Assembly (NCBI GenBank): GCA_024137785.1
Contig: JAHRHZ010000021.1
Span: 24,388,895-24,452,894 of the forward strand
Source: Ginglymostoma cirratum
Lineage: Eukaryota
Reading direction: 5' to 3'
DNA length: 64,000 nucleotides
Of this stretch, positions 49,282-61,637 are shown one piece after another. The translations under genes were made by a program, and so were the position numbers. The notes under the pieces are model-generated. The model worked only from the letters and a program-made list of their open reading frames with translations, ran no database searches and was not told the origin of the DNA. Numbering within the stretch: position 1 is the stretch's first letter; every line of letters begins with the position of its first letter.

Positions 49282-50039
49282 TCATGCGATTGGCTGTTAC
49301 CTGCCTGCTGGCATCATTTTGACTGCGCAGAAAGACATCTGCTGGACTTGTCTGATTTGACCTGCCATAGGGACTGAGGAATAAAGAGATTTGTAGATTT
49401 CTTTTGTATGTTATTACTGTTGAAGTCAGTGACCAGCAATGTTGCTTCAGCACTAACGAATCTATGCCACTGTCCCAAAAGACTGTAGCTGTCAATTTGG
49501 TTGTGCAGTTTGACTTGCTATTGCGCGATCTTGTTGAAAAAAACGCTGTTGTGCCCCTGAATTCTTCACGATTGATTGCTTCTGCTGTGAGCAATAGAGT
49601 GAAGGTTTGAGGCAGTTTGTTTGATCTTGTTTCTGGTGTTAAGAAAGGCCTGCATGCAATTTATCTTGCTTTTTGGGGCTGTTGCCGTTCAAGGTCAGTG
49701 TTATATTTTTGAACTTCTTTATTAGATATGATTCTTGGATCCAACATCAAATATTACTTTGAATGTGGACTTTATATCATCTTAGAAGCCAGTGTGTGTT
49801 TCAATTCACTTTAATTTCAATTCAAATTAAATTCGCTTTCAAGTAACGTTGATTTACTAGAATATACAGTCTGCTGCCACATGACCTCCTATTTTGGTAG
49901 CTAAATAACATGAAACCAAGTGGAATGTACAGCACAGAAACAGAATTTGTGAAATCTGCTTTATGCCAGTGATAATGCTACAGCTGAGACTACTGCTACC
50001 AACCCATTTTGCAAAGCCAAGAGAAGATGATGGAGAACT

Positions 50040-50425
50040 ATTGCCTTCAACTGCTGCAGTCCAAACAGAGCAGGTGGACCCCCACTGTTTTTATACAGGA
50101 GTTCCAGGACTTTGACCTAGCAACAGTGAAGGAATTACAGTACAGTTCCAAGTCAGGATGTTGTGTGACATGGAGGTGGTGATGTTCCCATGCATCTATT
50201 AATTTTGCTGTTGCAGAGGTCATGGAAATTGGAAGATGCTGTCTGAGGATCTTTGACTTGCTTTGACACATCTTGAATATGGTCACACTGCTGTGTCTGT
50301 ATGACAGTGATGAAGGGGTTGCATGTTGAAATTGGTGGATTGGGTGCCAATCAATTGGGTGGCTTTGTCCTGTTGGTATTAAGCTTCGTGCGTGGTTGGT
50401 GCAGTACCTTCCCAGGCAAGTCAAA
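50040..50425 (-). mobile_element. 3' fragment of the LINE family of 40135-41240
   Basis: ggagttccaggactttgacctagcaacagtgaagga...ttccaagtcagg is the reverse complement of its 3' region. Confidence 0.7.
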
Positions 50426-52419
50426 ATGTTTTATCAGGCTGTGTCTGAGGCAGAAAGCGCTTTGAAGAAAACCGCCTCAAACAGTAGATTTTATTGCAAA
50501 ATGTAGCTGTAACAGTAACTATTATTCTGCAAAATGCAGTAAGAACAAAGCTGCTTTGACTGAGAGGTCAGTCAACATAAAATTAATGATTGAAATACAG
50601 TTGTCTGCTTCTAATGCTATGAAATACTGTCTTGGAGACATTACCATGAAGTATCATACTTTCTCTACTAGAATAGGTGTACCTGCTATTGGGAAAATTC
50701 CAGCTTAAATATAATAAATCCTCTTATTCTGTGAAATAGAGGACAAAGTGATTGTATGTGCTTAATAAATACCTGCAGTAATATAAAACTGAAACCAATA
50801 TAAAGGGAATCAGAATTGGATCATTTACCCCAATTTGTACTGAAATTGCTTTTCTTTACGCAGTGCGGGAGTTACTTTGTAGATAACACCCATCGTAATA
50901 CTTTAATTTATTTTACATTCTAAGCTATAATTTGAAGGAAAGATGTTTTGAAGAAAATGTGTTTAAAGTAAAATCTAATGGAAGGTGAACATTTAAAAGC
51001 TGTATTCTTTTTGTTGGCTGTACAATAAAAGCTTTTATCTGATTTGCTTTTCCATTAAGTAATTTTTAAGTTTCATTCCCTTGGGCCAGTTCTTTTCAAA
51101 GTCTGCAGATACCACTGCATTACATTATGAATATACTACATGAGTAGCGCGATCTGTGAAAGTACTGGCTGCACGATCAAACCATGTAGCTTATGGTAAG
51201 ATCATTGTGTGTAAAATAATTTAAACAGAATATTTTTTAAAAGCAAACTGCTTCATATGTCTGCATGTGATTAGAAACAAAGTAAGATACACAATAAGTG
51301 CATTGCAGAATCTCTACTTCACCATGATCCAGCAAACTCCCAGAATTGTCAGACTTCATAGCTTGCTTTTATCTTCAGTTCTTTCTGTCCTGAATTCTGT
51401 TATTATACATTTTACAGGCATAATTGGCTGGTCGGTAATATCACATGACTGCAGTCCCGGAAATGCCCACAATGATACGAAACAGGGTTCAGACCAAAAA
51501 ATGTTGCAGCAACTCAAATAATTTTGTCATACCCGATCTCTTCGAATACAGAAGGAAAAAGAATGTATTTACGTGGCACCTTTTCAAATATTTTAGATAT
51601 CCCTAGGTAGTTTTACACAAAATTAATTTGAAGCATAATTGCTTTGTGATTAACTCCATTTCCAGTATTCTGTGAGAATATAACTCTCAGGAAACATTCC
51701 ATTCCAAGGGTGCTACATTTAACCATTTCACAATTTATTAATATTAACTTCTGCCTTGCAACGGGGAGGGACTTACTGAAATGTTTTCAAGAGGTCACTC
51801 AGGACAGTTCAGGGGTCATTGAAGAGGACTTAAAGTGTTAGCAGCAGTTGGATAAGGCAGTTGGTTGGAGAAACAGTCTTTGTTTGGAGTAATATTGTTA
51901 ACTGGCAAATTATGAGTTTTGTGCAGGGAGGATTTGGAAGTCCTACAGCAGTTAAACAGCTTTGTTTGCCAAAGGGCCAGGGATGTTATGGGAGCCGTGA
52001 GAGCTCAGAAAAAGCCATGTGCCAATAATAGAGTATAATTGAGATTGAAAGTTGAAAAGCCTGCAAGCAGTGTTTGCTCGATGCAACTGAGCAAGATTAG
52101 AGCTAGAAAAATCCACGATTGGTCCTGCTTTGTGAAGATTGCATTTTTGTGAAAAGTCAGAGGAGTGCCTTTGAGGGGGTAAGGTTCACAGAATCCAGGA
52201 GAGTGTAAGTGTTCTTGTATTGTATAGTAAAATTTATTGTTGATTGTTAAAAAGCATGGCATCTTGTGCTTTTGTTCTCTTAGTATGTCTCCTAGATCTC
52301 TCACTTAAAAATCTAATTTATTAGTGCATTGCCAGATTTGTAATGTAACTTTGGTGGTGTGGCTGAGGATGTAACAACTGTTAGCTTGTAAGTGAGCTCT
52401 GAAGCTGTTGTTGGCAAAA

Positions 52420-52640
52420 TTATGAATGACCAAATAATCTATTCTAGCTTGTCATTGGGTTTTAGGGACGAAGTTTGGCCAGGCTGTTGGAAAAACTCTG
52501 TTGCTTTCCTGAAGTTGTGCTGTTATTAAATTTTTTGCAACTTCTTGGGAGGCAGACTTCTTGGGTCTTGGCTGTTGTCTTATTTGGAACGCAGCACTTG
52601 TGATAATGGACGACATCTCAAGTGCTGGATTAAAATGTAA
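52420..52640 (-). mobile_element. Decayed DeuSINE-like fragment (its tail is possibly at 51558-51650)
   Basis: aatgaccaaataatct...ttggccagg; tail-like gtatttacgtggcaccttt. Confidence 0.4.
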
Positions 52641-55389
52641 TTCTCAATTTTTCAGTCAGTTCATCAGAAAGGGTCTTTGCTTTTTGATGTCAGCAAGAAA
52701 ATAGTTGGGAAAAAAAGGGTGCCAAATATTGAGCAGCTTTATTTTACAACACAAGCATGCAGAATGAGTGATGATCAAATACTGCTCAATCAGTACAATC
52801 TTTCTACATTTTATAATACAAGGCAATAAACACACATTTTCTCACATCACTAGGTTATCTTGCTTGACTTAAAATAACTTAATTCCATTCTGACTTTGTA
52901 TAATCTACTTTTGCTGCCTGATTGTCCTTGTAGCTCTGTTTTGTTGTAAATAAACTGACTGTCTATGACATTTTTTTCTGGATTTTGTTGGCCTACCATG
53001 TTCATAGACAAAAGTTAGCAGACATTTTCCAGCAGAATGAGTTGGTTTAGGCGAAAGGTGATAGCTACTCTGGTCTGTATCCAGTTTGGTAGCTCTCCTT
53101 TATTATTCTGCCTGCTGTGGGGCACAGCTTGCTACAAGGGCTTTGCTATTTTAGCCACTGCCTTGGGAGGGCTGAACGGGAGACGGGAAAGGTGATGTGG
53201 CTGTTGAGACCAGACGTGCAAGCCAGGTGAGGAGGGTGCCTGGACTTTAATTTGGCTGATGCCCTGCAGGCTCTGTCACGCCCAGGTTACTTTGATGGGG
53301 TGGAGATGTGGAATGTGGCATGCAGGGGCCACAACATGTGGTGGCCATATTGAGTGGTCAGGGGCCTGATTGATGGGAGCTCCCTGGTGAAGACCTTGAG
53401 CAGCAGTGTATCAAAGGGAGAGGCTGCAAGTCAGAAGACAGGAGTGGCCTAAAGTCTGAGAGAGGAAGAGGTTGTGCCAAAATGGCGTCACTTGGATCAG
53501 GCAAGTTACTGTTTTAAAACAAATATTGTGATGTTCCAACAAACCTTCTGTTCCTAATAACTTAATGTTAAAGCAAAACAGCACCAAAAGGGAAAGCAGT
53601 AAGCATGAATGTCCTATGCAGACTTACAGTTACTTTCAAATTGGCTTGTTTCGTGATCTTATTACACACCTATGGAGTTGGTGGAACTTGAACCCAGACC
53701 TCCTGACTCAGATGTATTAACACTACCACAGGGCCTCGAGCCATCTGTACTGACTCCTAAGAAATAGGAGTATGAGCATGCCATTTGACCTCAATTGGCT
53801 ATAATCCTTGTAGGTTTTTTTTAGCTTTGTGAACAGCAAAACTTTGTAAATAGCAAAAACTGCAAGAAGAGAGCAAAGAACCCCTAAGAAGGATTCTGCA
53901 AGAACAGATTAGGGTAAGTTAGGTGGGAGAGGGAAAGGCTAAATACCTGTTGATGCCACCTTGCACTCCTGTTTTATGCTCGTCGCGATGAGGGATGTTG
54001 GTGCTGAGGAATTATACTCCTCCTATTTGTGGCATCCAGTGTCAGCAGCAGGCACTTGTTATTCACGTACAGCTCCTTTTCACTCTGTCCCAAAAAGGAT
54101 TCTCAGGCCCACCTCTGTCTACACTGGCGTGATGATTAATTTCATTTTACATACCAGGCTCTCTGGATGTTGAACTAGAAACTGTTTAGCAGTCCTATCA
54201 TTCTTTGCAGTGTTTACTCAGCAGCCAATTTAACACTGAAGATGATTGAAATCTAGGTCTGTTGCCACCCGCAGATGTTGAGAGTTATGATCTTGTGAAA
54301 AAGTTTTCATTGAACACTGGGTAAATATTTCACAACATTTTTAATAATAAAAACATGACAAGGTGCCTCTTCCTGCACTATTGTCATGTTAGCAATCTGT
54401 TGTAGTTACAGTTCAGATTTTTCAAAAACATAATCATTCTTATGATAGTGACTGAGATTGGTGACCTTTGTTTATTGACTGTTTTACCCCGATTGACCCA
54501 ATTTAGTGCTTTCCTAGTTTGGAGTATTGTATATGGGTTAGATCTTTCACTAAAGGGTATTCGTGAATCAGTGTTTTTTAATCTACTGTTAGCTGTTTCT
54601 TATTCATATTCGGTCAGGAGTTGACTGCAGTTGGCTGAATTTTACTGAGTTCCACTTCACATCTTTGTGTCTGACTTTAAGATTAAGTCAGAATCAGACC
54701 ACTTCCATTATCCGGTTAAGCAGCAAACTAGTGTTTTTCAAATTAAATATTTTAGGTTGATTCCCTAATAGTGGACTCTAGTTTAACAAAATATCAAGTA
54801 ATCCGATCATTCATATCACTTAGTAGGAATTCATATTATATTTTCCACTGTGATGCCAATAGTGTTGGTGACCCAGTTTTGAAAAAGAGTTTTCAGAAAA
54901 TATTAAACCAAGCTTTCCTGTTTTCTCCTGCTTTTGAGATTGACCTATTAAAGTGCTCTTTTTCCTTTGAAATCCTAGTTGGGGAAAATATGCTAATACC
55001 TTCTCCACTGCTGTCATACAACTACTTTCACTGGCCAGTATACAAATTGGAATTCCTATATTTTCATGTGTTATAAGAATAGCCTTGATAACAGGCTTGT
55101 ACTCACCACTATATCTCCACCTTTAGTGGATCTCTCCTCTCAGCTAGACAGGATATATCCAGAAGAAATCTCAGATATTGCTGAAAGGTACGCATTTCTG
55201 GGAATGACAATTTCAGGCTGTTCTTTGTTTTGGTCTATGGCAAGACTTACCCAATTTTGGTCCAAGTCCCCACATTTTATTGAAAAGGATTTTGCAGAGT
55301 TAACTAGGCGGCATGGTTGCCCAGCAAGGGCAACATATGTTTATGCCCATATGTTTATCGATTCATTGCCGTATTTTGTTGTTGAGCTT

Positions 55390-55600
55390 TGAGTGTGAAC
55401 TTCCTGTGTACTTCACAGTAGTTCAGAATCAATTGTACCATGGATTTGGAGTCATGTATAGGACATACTGTTTAAAGATAGCAGATTATCTTCCCTAAAG
55501 GAAGGACATTAGTGAACCAGATGGGTTCTTACAACAGTCCAGTAAATACACGTTCAAACATCAGCTTTTTTGTGTCAGATTTATTTAGTTAGACAAATTT
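55390..55600 (-). mobile_element. Partial CR1-tailed tRNA SINE
   Basis: cttccctaaag...gacattagtgaaccagatggg. Confidence 0.65.
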
Positions 55601-56592
55601 AATTTAGGGCAAACATTTTTGCCTGAGCTTAAAAGTTCTTAATTACATTTGAGGCATTCTATCTAAAGTATTAATAAATGTACCTCTACATTTTGTTGAA
55701 ACTTGATATATTTTCTATAAGATGTCCTAATAAGCGTAAATGACATTGAGAATTTTTTTCTTGATTTGATGTGAGTGCTGTGAAGGTCTTTCATTTGTTT
55801 TTGCTTTTATAGCCGTGAGAGCTGTGGACTGAATGGGTTGGCTGGCTTCTTTATTTTATAATGTGTCAAGAGGAAAGCCTGTGTCAAAGGCAGATACAGT
55901 TCTAGATTCCTCTTGACAGCCATGAAAGTACCAGATGTTCAAATTGCCCCCACAACATAGCCTGGCAGGCAATGTGATAACCCCTGTGCAAAAAGAGACA
56001 TTCCAAATAAAGAGAATTTTGTCCACATTGAAAATATTTCCAAAGAACTGTCTATTGATGATTAATTTGCAACATCATCTACCTCCTTTATTGCTTTTAT
56101 TCTTTTACTGCTGCATAATTCATTATGCCATTGGGTTTTGAATATTAAACACTTAAATCTGCCACAGTTATGAAACATTATTTGTTATGGAATAAAGGTG
56201 TATAATTTTCTCTAACCCCAACAGATTAAAAATGGAGCTTTCTGAATAGGGTTGAGAGAAATGAAGGTTCAATTCTAAAGGCTTAAAAGTTCCAAAGTCG
56301 TGGGAATGATTTTCTTTCCCATTAAATGGGCTCCTTGATTAATATTTCGTTTCATTTAGCAAATACTGATGATTAAATTTGGGTAGCGCCATGTCATCAA
56401 TCATCATGTAGGAACTTGGAGCAGACTTAATGGGTTATTGGGGCCAGAGGGAATGAGAGTTGAACAAGCCTGAACACCAGTCTCTCTTCACTCCACTATC
56501 TATCATATTTTGGTTTTTTTTCCTATGTTTAAATGCTTTGCTTTAAAATCATTTTAAAAACATTTTAATTCACTTTTAACATTTAAAATACA

Positions 56593-56910
56593 TTTTTTAA
56601 ATTCATTTCCATAAGGTGGGCATTGCTGGCTATTTATTGACCATCCCCAATTGCCCAGAGGGCAATTAAGAGTCGCCTGCATTGCTGTGGGTCTGGAATT
56701 ACACCAGGTAAGAATGGCAGTTCCTTCTCTAAAGGACATTAGTGAACCAGATGGGTTTTTTGACAATTGACAACAAGTCTTAATTCTGGATTTGCATTGA
56801 ATTCAAATTCCACCATCTACTGCGACAGAATTCAAACCCTGGACTCTGGAATATTACCTGGATTTCTGGATCAGCAGTCTAGCGATAATACCACTTGGCC
56901 CTTGCTTCCC
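56593..56910 (-). mobile_element. Near full-length CR1-tailed tRNA SINE
   Basis: Minus-strand head gggaagcaagggccaagtggtattatcgctagactg, B box gggtttgaattc, shared body and tail. Confidence 0.8.
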
Positions 56911-58924
56911 TTGATATATTTAAATATTTAAAGGCTCACCGAAATTAGCATTATAAGTTTGAGAACTCTGGGCAATTACTATTAAACAAAACTTACAGGC
57001 CTGCTAGATCCAGGAAAAATAAAATCAGTCTAGGTTATTTTACTTCTGCTGAAGCACATTAACTTGCTTGTTTACAGATTATCATTGCAGGTTCCAGCTA
57101 ATGTCTGATTCACGACTTTTCATTGAAACTATTTTCAGTCCCAAAAGCAGTGCAGGCACATTAAATCTGTAATCCCACAATTATAATTTGACAGTTTTTT
57201 TGATTGGCTGTGTAAATTTGAAGCTTGAATGAAGATAGAGATTTGGTGATTTTACTTTTGAAACCGTAACAATGAATGGTGAATTTATTAATGTAATTGT
57301 TGGCAAGAATAATCTTAGCACAGCATTATATGGAATCCATTAGGATGAGAGTTTGGTGTGGGGGGGAGGTGGTGGATGTCAATAAGAAAAAAAACTGCTT
57401 TGGCATTTAATCGTAATGCATTTGATATTGTGCTTTCGACATAATCCAATTATTTCAATTATCCTTCATTTACATCTTCCTCGTATATATCCACGTAAGC
57501 ATCAGAACATCAAATGGCACATTCTTTTTCATAATCTGATTTGTGTAGAAAATGGATAAGTATCGGTTAGCCTCCAATAGTGTGTTTTACCTGATGTGGC
57601 AGTGCTTGTGTTATGGCTCATGACATAAACATTTATTACAGCTAACTTAACATTACACACGTCAGGCACATAATGTGTCTAGACTAATGTTAAGACATTA
57701 GATTACAACACAGGAGTGTGGTTCTAGTAGAGTATAATGCTTCAAGTAGTCCAAGGTAAGAGGGAGAATGAGACCTTTATACCGTCAGATCACATACTAT
57801 GATACAGTGGAAGTATGAGCATGTCTTTTAAAGACATACTTGTGTTATGTCTCATAATAAGGATAACAATTGAAGTCCAAGTCTACATTTTTGTTAAAAT
57901 CAGTAAACAAATATGGTGTCTCTGAATGAACTGATTTGATCCATTGCAGAAATGCCATGTTGCCTTCTTAAAAGTAGATTTAGCACCAAGGCCCTAAAAT
58001 TCTTTTGTAAATGAAAATTAAGTAATTCTAAATATTTTATTTACAAATGTTCTTAACTTTCTTAATTGTGCATTCGTGTGTTTAGTAAACTGCTATGTAT
58101 GCGAGGAAATGGGTATTTTCATCACAAAAAAATGTCAGCCTTCATAAATTATAATTTTGAAAGAAATGAAAACCAAATGTGAGAGTGACTATTTAAGAGC
58201 ACACAGTACTAAATGGCAGGGAACATCCCAGCCATTAAGAACTCAATGCTGAACATCAGTCACGGGTATTCTCTTGACTGATTTACTCAGACTGATTCAC
58301 CCATGAGTGTGATTATTCTGAGTAGTTCTGAAAAGAGAATCACAAGTCATTCGGACTTGCTTAAGAACAAAATTTACTGATTACAAAATTTGTAACTAAA
58401 TTGCTGGATTTTGTTTTTGTCTCTAAGGAAATTGGATGACTAATTAGGATCAATACAGCAGGTATTAATACTGTGTCATGCAAGAATTAATGTAGTGAAA
58501 CATATTGAAGGACAGGAACAAGTTGCTAGGTATTCAATAACATTGGTTAAGTAGTAGACACAATTAGTAAATATTCTACATAAATTACATAAGCAGAATA
58601 CGTGGAAAATCCAGCATAAAATATATCAAAAGCAGGTTACGATAGCCCATTTGTTTTAAAACAAATGTTGAAAGTACTCCGGTCTAGCAGCATCTGTGGA
58701 GAGGGAGTCCAGTATGAGTCTTGTGTTCTCTGTCTTCAGAGTTTTTTGTTTTTATTTCACATCTTCAGTATGTGCCATCCTTTCCCGTGCATCTATCTGC
58801 GCAATCCCAAAAACAGTGCTGTTTCCCTAATCCTTGTGTTCTCAAATGAATATGAAGTGTAGTAACTCCAGGCATACTGTTTCTGGATTTCATGTTTATG
58901 CTATTCAATTTGTTGTCATTTCAG

Positions 58925-59155
58925 TCTCGCCGAAAGGATGTTTTTATCCAGGAACGTTATGGGACATTTAATCTCAGCGATCCTTTCCTGGCTCTCCAGA
59001 GAGACTATGAAGCAGGTGGTGATGATGGCAGCAAAGATAAGCCGGCCATCTGTACCAGTCCACTATCCATATTGCAAATAGTCATGGATCACTGCAAAAA
59101 GATGCAGGAGAGAATGACTGCACAGTTAGCTGCAGCTGAAATTCGACATAGAAAG
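58925..59155 (+). CDS. CTTNBP2: CTTNBP2 coding exon 3 ([31 protein letters not shown]...[11 protein letters not shown])
   Basis: Acceptor tttcag|, donor AAG|GTAGGT; 231 nt; [27 protein letters not shown] and HCKKMQERM are CTTNBP2-type rather than CTTNBP2NL-type residues. Confidence 0.95.
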
Positions 59156-59496
59156 GTAGGTGGTCGGATTTGCCTAAATGGTTTTTATTTCCAGCCATTT
59201 ATCAGTGCAAATTAAATCATTGCTGGGTTGTTGAAATGTCTCAATTGGTTGGAAGAGTTACGTCGTAAATCTGTTACTCTGTGCGGCAAGTGTGAAGCCT
59301 TTAAAAATCAACTTTTCAGCTAATCCAAAAAAAAGAGATTCAGTTAGAGACATGTTTGTTCTTGCAGGTTGCCAGAACAAAACACCGCCATGCTGTTCAT
59401 TAATAGGCCAGAATTCACGGTTCATTTGAGTTGAACCCTATTTATAAAATCAGGAAAAGGGTTTCACAGAGTATGTCATTACTTTTCATTTGTTAG

Positions 59497-59604
59497 GTCA
59501 TCTTGGACTTTGAAGAGGAGAGGCATAAACATGCCCAAGATGCAGCCCAGGGAGATGATGTTACATACATGCTAGAGAAAGAGCGTGAGCGGCTTTTACA
59601 GCAG
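59497..59604 (+). CDS. CTTNBP2: Coding exon 4 (VILDFEEERHKHAQDAAQGDDVTYMLEKERERLLQQ), CTTNBP2NL-like segment
   Basis: Acceptor ttttcatttgttag|, donor CAG|GTGTGA; 108 nt, phase 0-0, open frame; closely resembles CTTNBP2NL VILDLEEERQRHAQDTAEGDDVTYMLEKERERLTQQ. Not in the ORF track; translated by hand. Confidence 0.9.
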
Positions 59605-61637
59605 GTGTGAAAATAAGACTTGCTTGAAATTATAGCAACTGACTTTTGAGCTAGCTGATTGGAATGATTTAAGACTCTGATGAAAATGTTGCAAAAGCCA
59701 TTTAGTATTCTTGAGAATTTGAATGAAAGGAAAACGTTACTGCGGTAATAATTTACAATAGTGGTATGTGCCAGATCAAGTTGCTCCCTGCTGAAGACTC
59801 AGCATAACCTGATCAGCTACTTGACATCTGAAACTGATTTTTTTTAAACTATCTGTATACCATGTGTTTAATGTGTCAAATGTGACCAGTATTCATTACA
59901 GAGTTGCAGAACAATTACAACCAGCAATCCTATACGCTTTGAATGAGAGCAATCCCCAATAAAATGCTTGCAGGGTTGTGTTAAGTGAGTCATTTTATAA
60001 ACTGAAAACAGTTATGATGAAAATGTTGTCCTAACCCATACTAAAGTTTAATAGTTCAATATTTTCTGCAGATCGTTTGGTCCGCCCATTGAATGGATAA
60101 ATTAGGTTTTCTAACCTGAGTTTTTTTTTCTCTCCAAATTTTTGTCCACTTTGTCAGTTCTCCATCCACTGGCCCCAACCAGATGAAGTCCCTTATTTAC
60201 TGAAGAAGGAACTGGTGTAGTTTCTGTCCTCTGTTAGAAAGAAAAAAACTGCCTGGCAATTTATTAAAGATTTGTCTGTCTGCCACAGTTTCACCAAATG
60301 ATATCTCAATGTCCTGACCAAGGTTTTCTTTCTAAAACAGTATTAGAAGCTCATTTGATTGTAAGTTCTGCCAACGTTAGTTTTATGTGGGTTATTAGAA
60401 ATTAAATTTTAATAAACAATGTGCAGTAATGCCTTTATTGAATGTTTCAAAAGCTATCCAAAGACATTGCTAGTAAATCTCTTAGCAGTACTTATAAATC
60501 ATCTTCCCAATGGCTTGGAATTTTTTTGCATTTATATTCTGAGGTAAACTACCCCACAGTAAATATTTTCTTTTCAGTAACTCTATTAGCTTAAGCACGC
60601 AAACTTATTTCATTAACATTTGTCTATGCACCCTTCTAATGGGTGCATTTCATTTGCTCGGAATATCATACATCCAAATGAAGTACTATTTAGATTGCAA
60701 TGAGAGCTACCTCTTTAATCTTTCATTGAAAGTGACTGCTGGTGTTATGTTTATTCATTAATATGCTATTGCAAACATTCCAGAGATTGAACATGAATTA
60801 TTTTTGTGGTATAGAATATTACAGCGCAACAAATTGCAATTAAAATTAGGGTACAACCCAGTCAAGCCATCTCCACAAAATAACAAAGTAATTGTATCAT
60901 TCTAATGAGGACAAGATACTTGAAGCAGAATTTTCCATTCCTTGGAATTAGACAAACAGTAGCAAGAAAGTTTGGAACGTGCGAACAGTGGGGAATAAAA
61001 ATGAAAACTCGGTGAGAGAATTTTCATCTCGCTGGTGAGCCATGACTACCTTATTGGCATCTCATAATTAGCTCAACTCACTTCATTTTTAAAACCGATT
61101 CCAGTTCTCCTTTCTTCTCTAATAAATGGGAACTGAAAATTCCCAATTTATAAAGCAGAGCTGTTAACTGGTGGCTGCAGATTGCCCATTCTGACCCGGC
61201 TGTCGTCATTATGCCTGCCCTCGCACTAATTCTTCAATTGCTTCCACCCCTCAACATTTTACTTTGGAGTTCAGGGGCACCTAGGACTTAGATGCTGCTG
61301 CCAGGTTGTTTCACACACAGGGGGTGCACATCCCAGCATCTAAACAGGAGGCTTCTAATGACTCTTAGCTTGATTTCTTAGCATTCATTCACTTCCCTGC
61401 TTACTTAACGGCTTCCAGCCTTGGCAGCTGCATTTCCTTTCTTGCACATTGAGAAAGGCTGACAGCATGTCGTGGTTTGGAACACTGAATGGGGGTAAGC
61501 ATGCCATTGTGATGCTTTGAGCTGTGTCAGGGTCATGACAGCAGCTCAAGCAGCAGCCAGACTGTTATTTGCTTCAACTCAGTGGTCACATCTTTAAATC
61601 AAAGGGGAGCATTCCTTAGTGAAGTGGGGACTATGAT

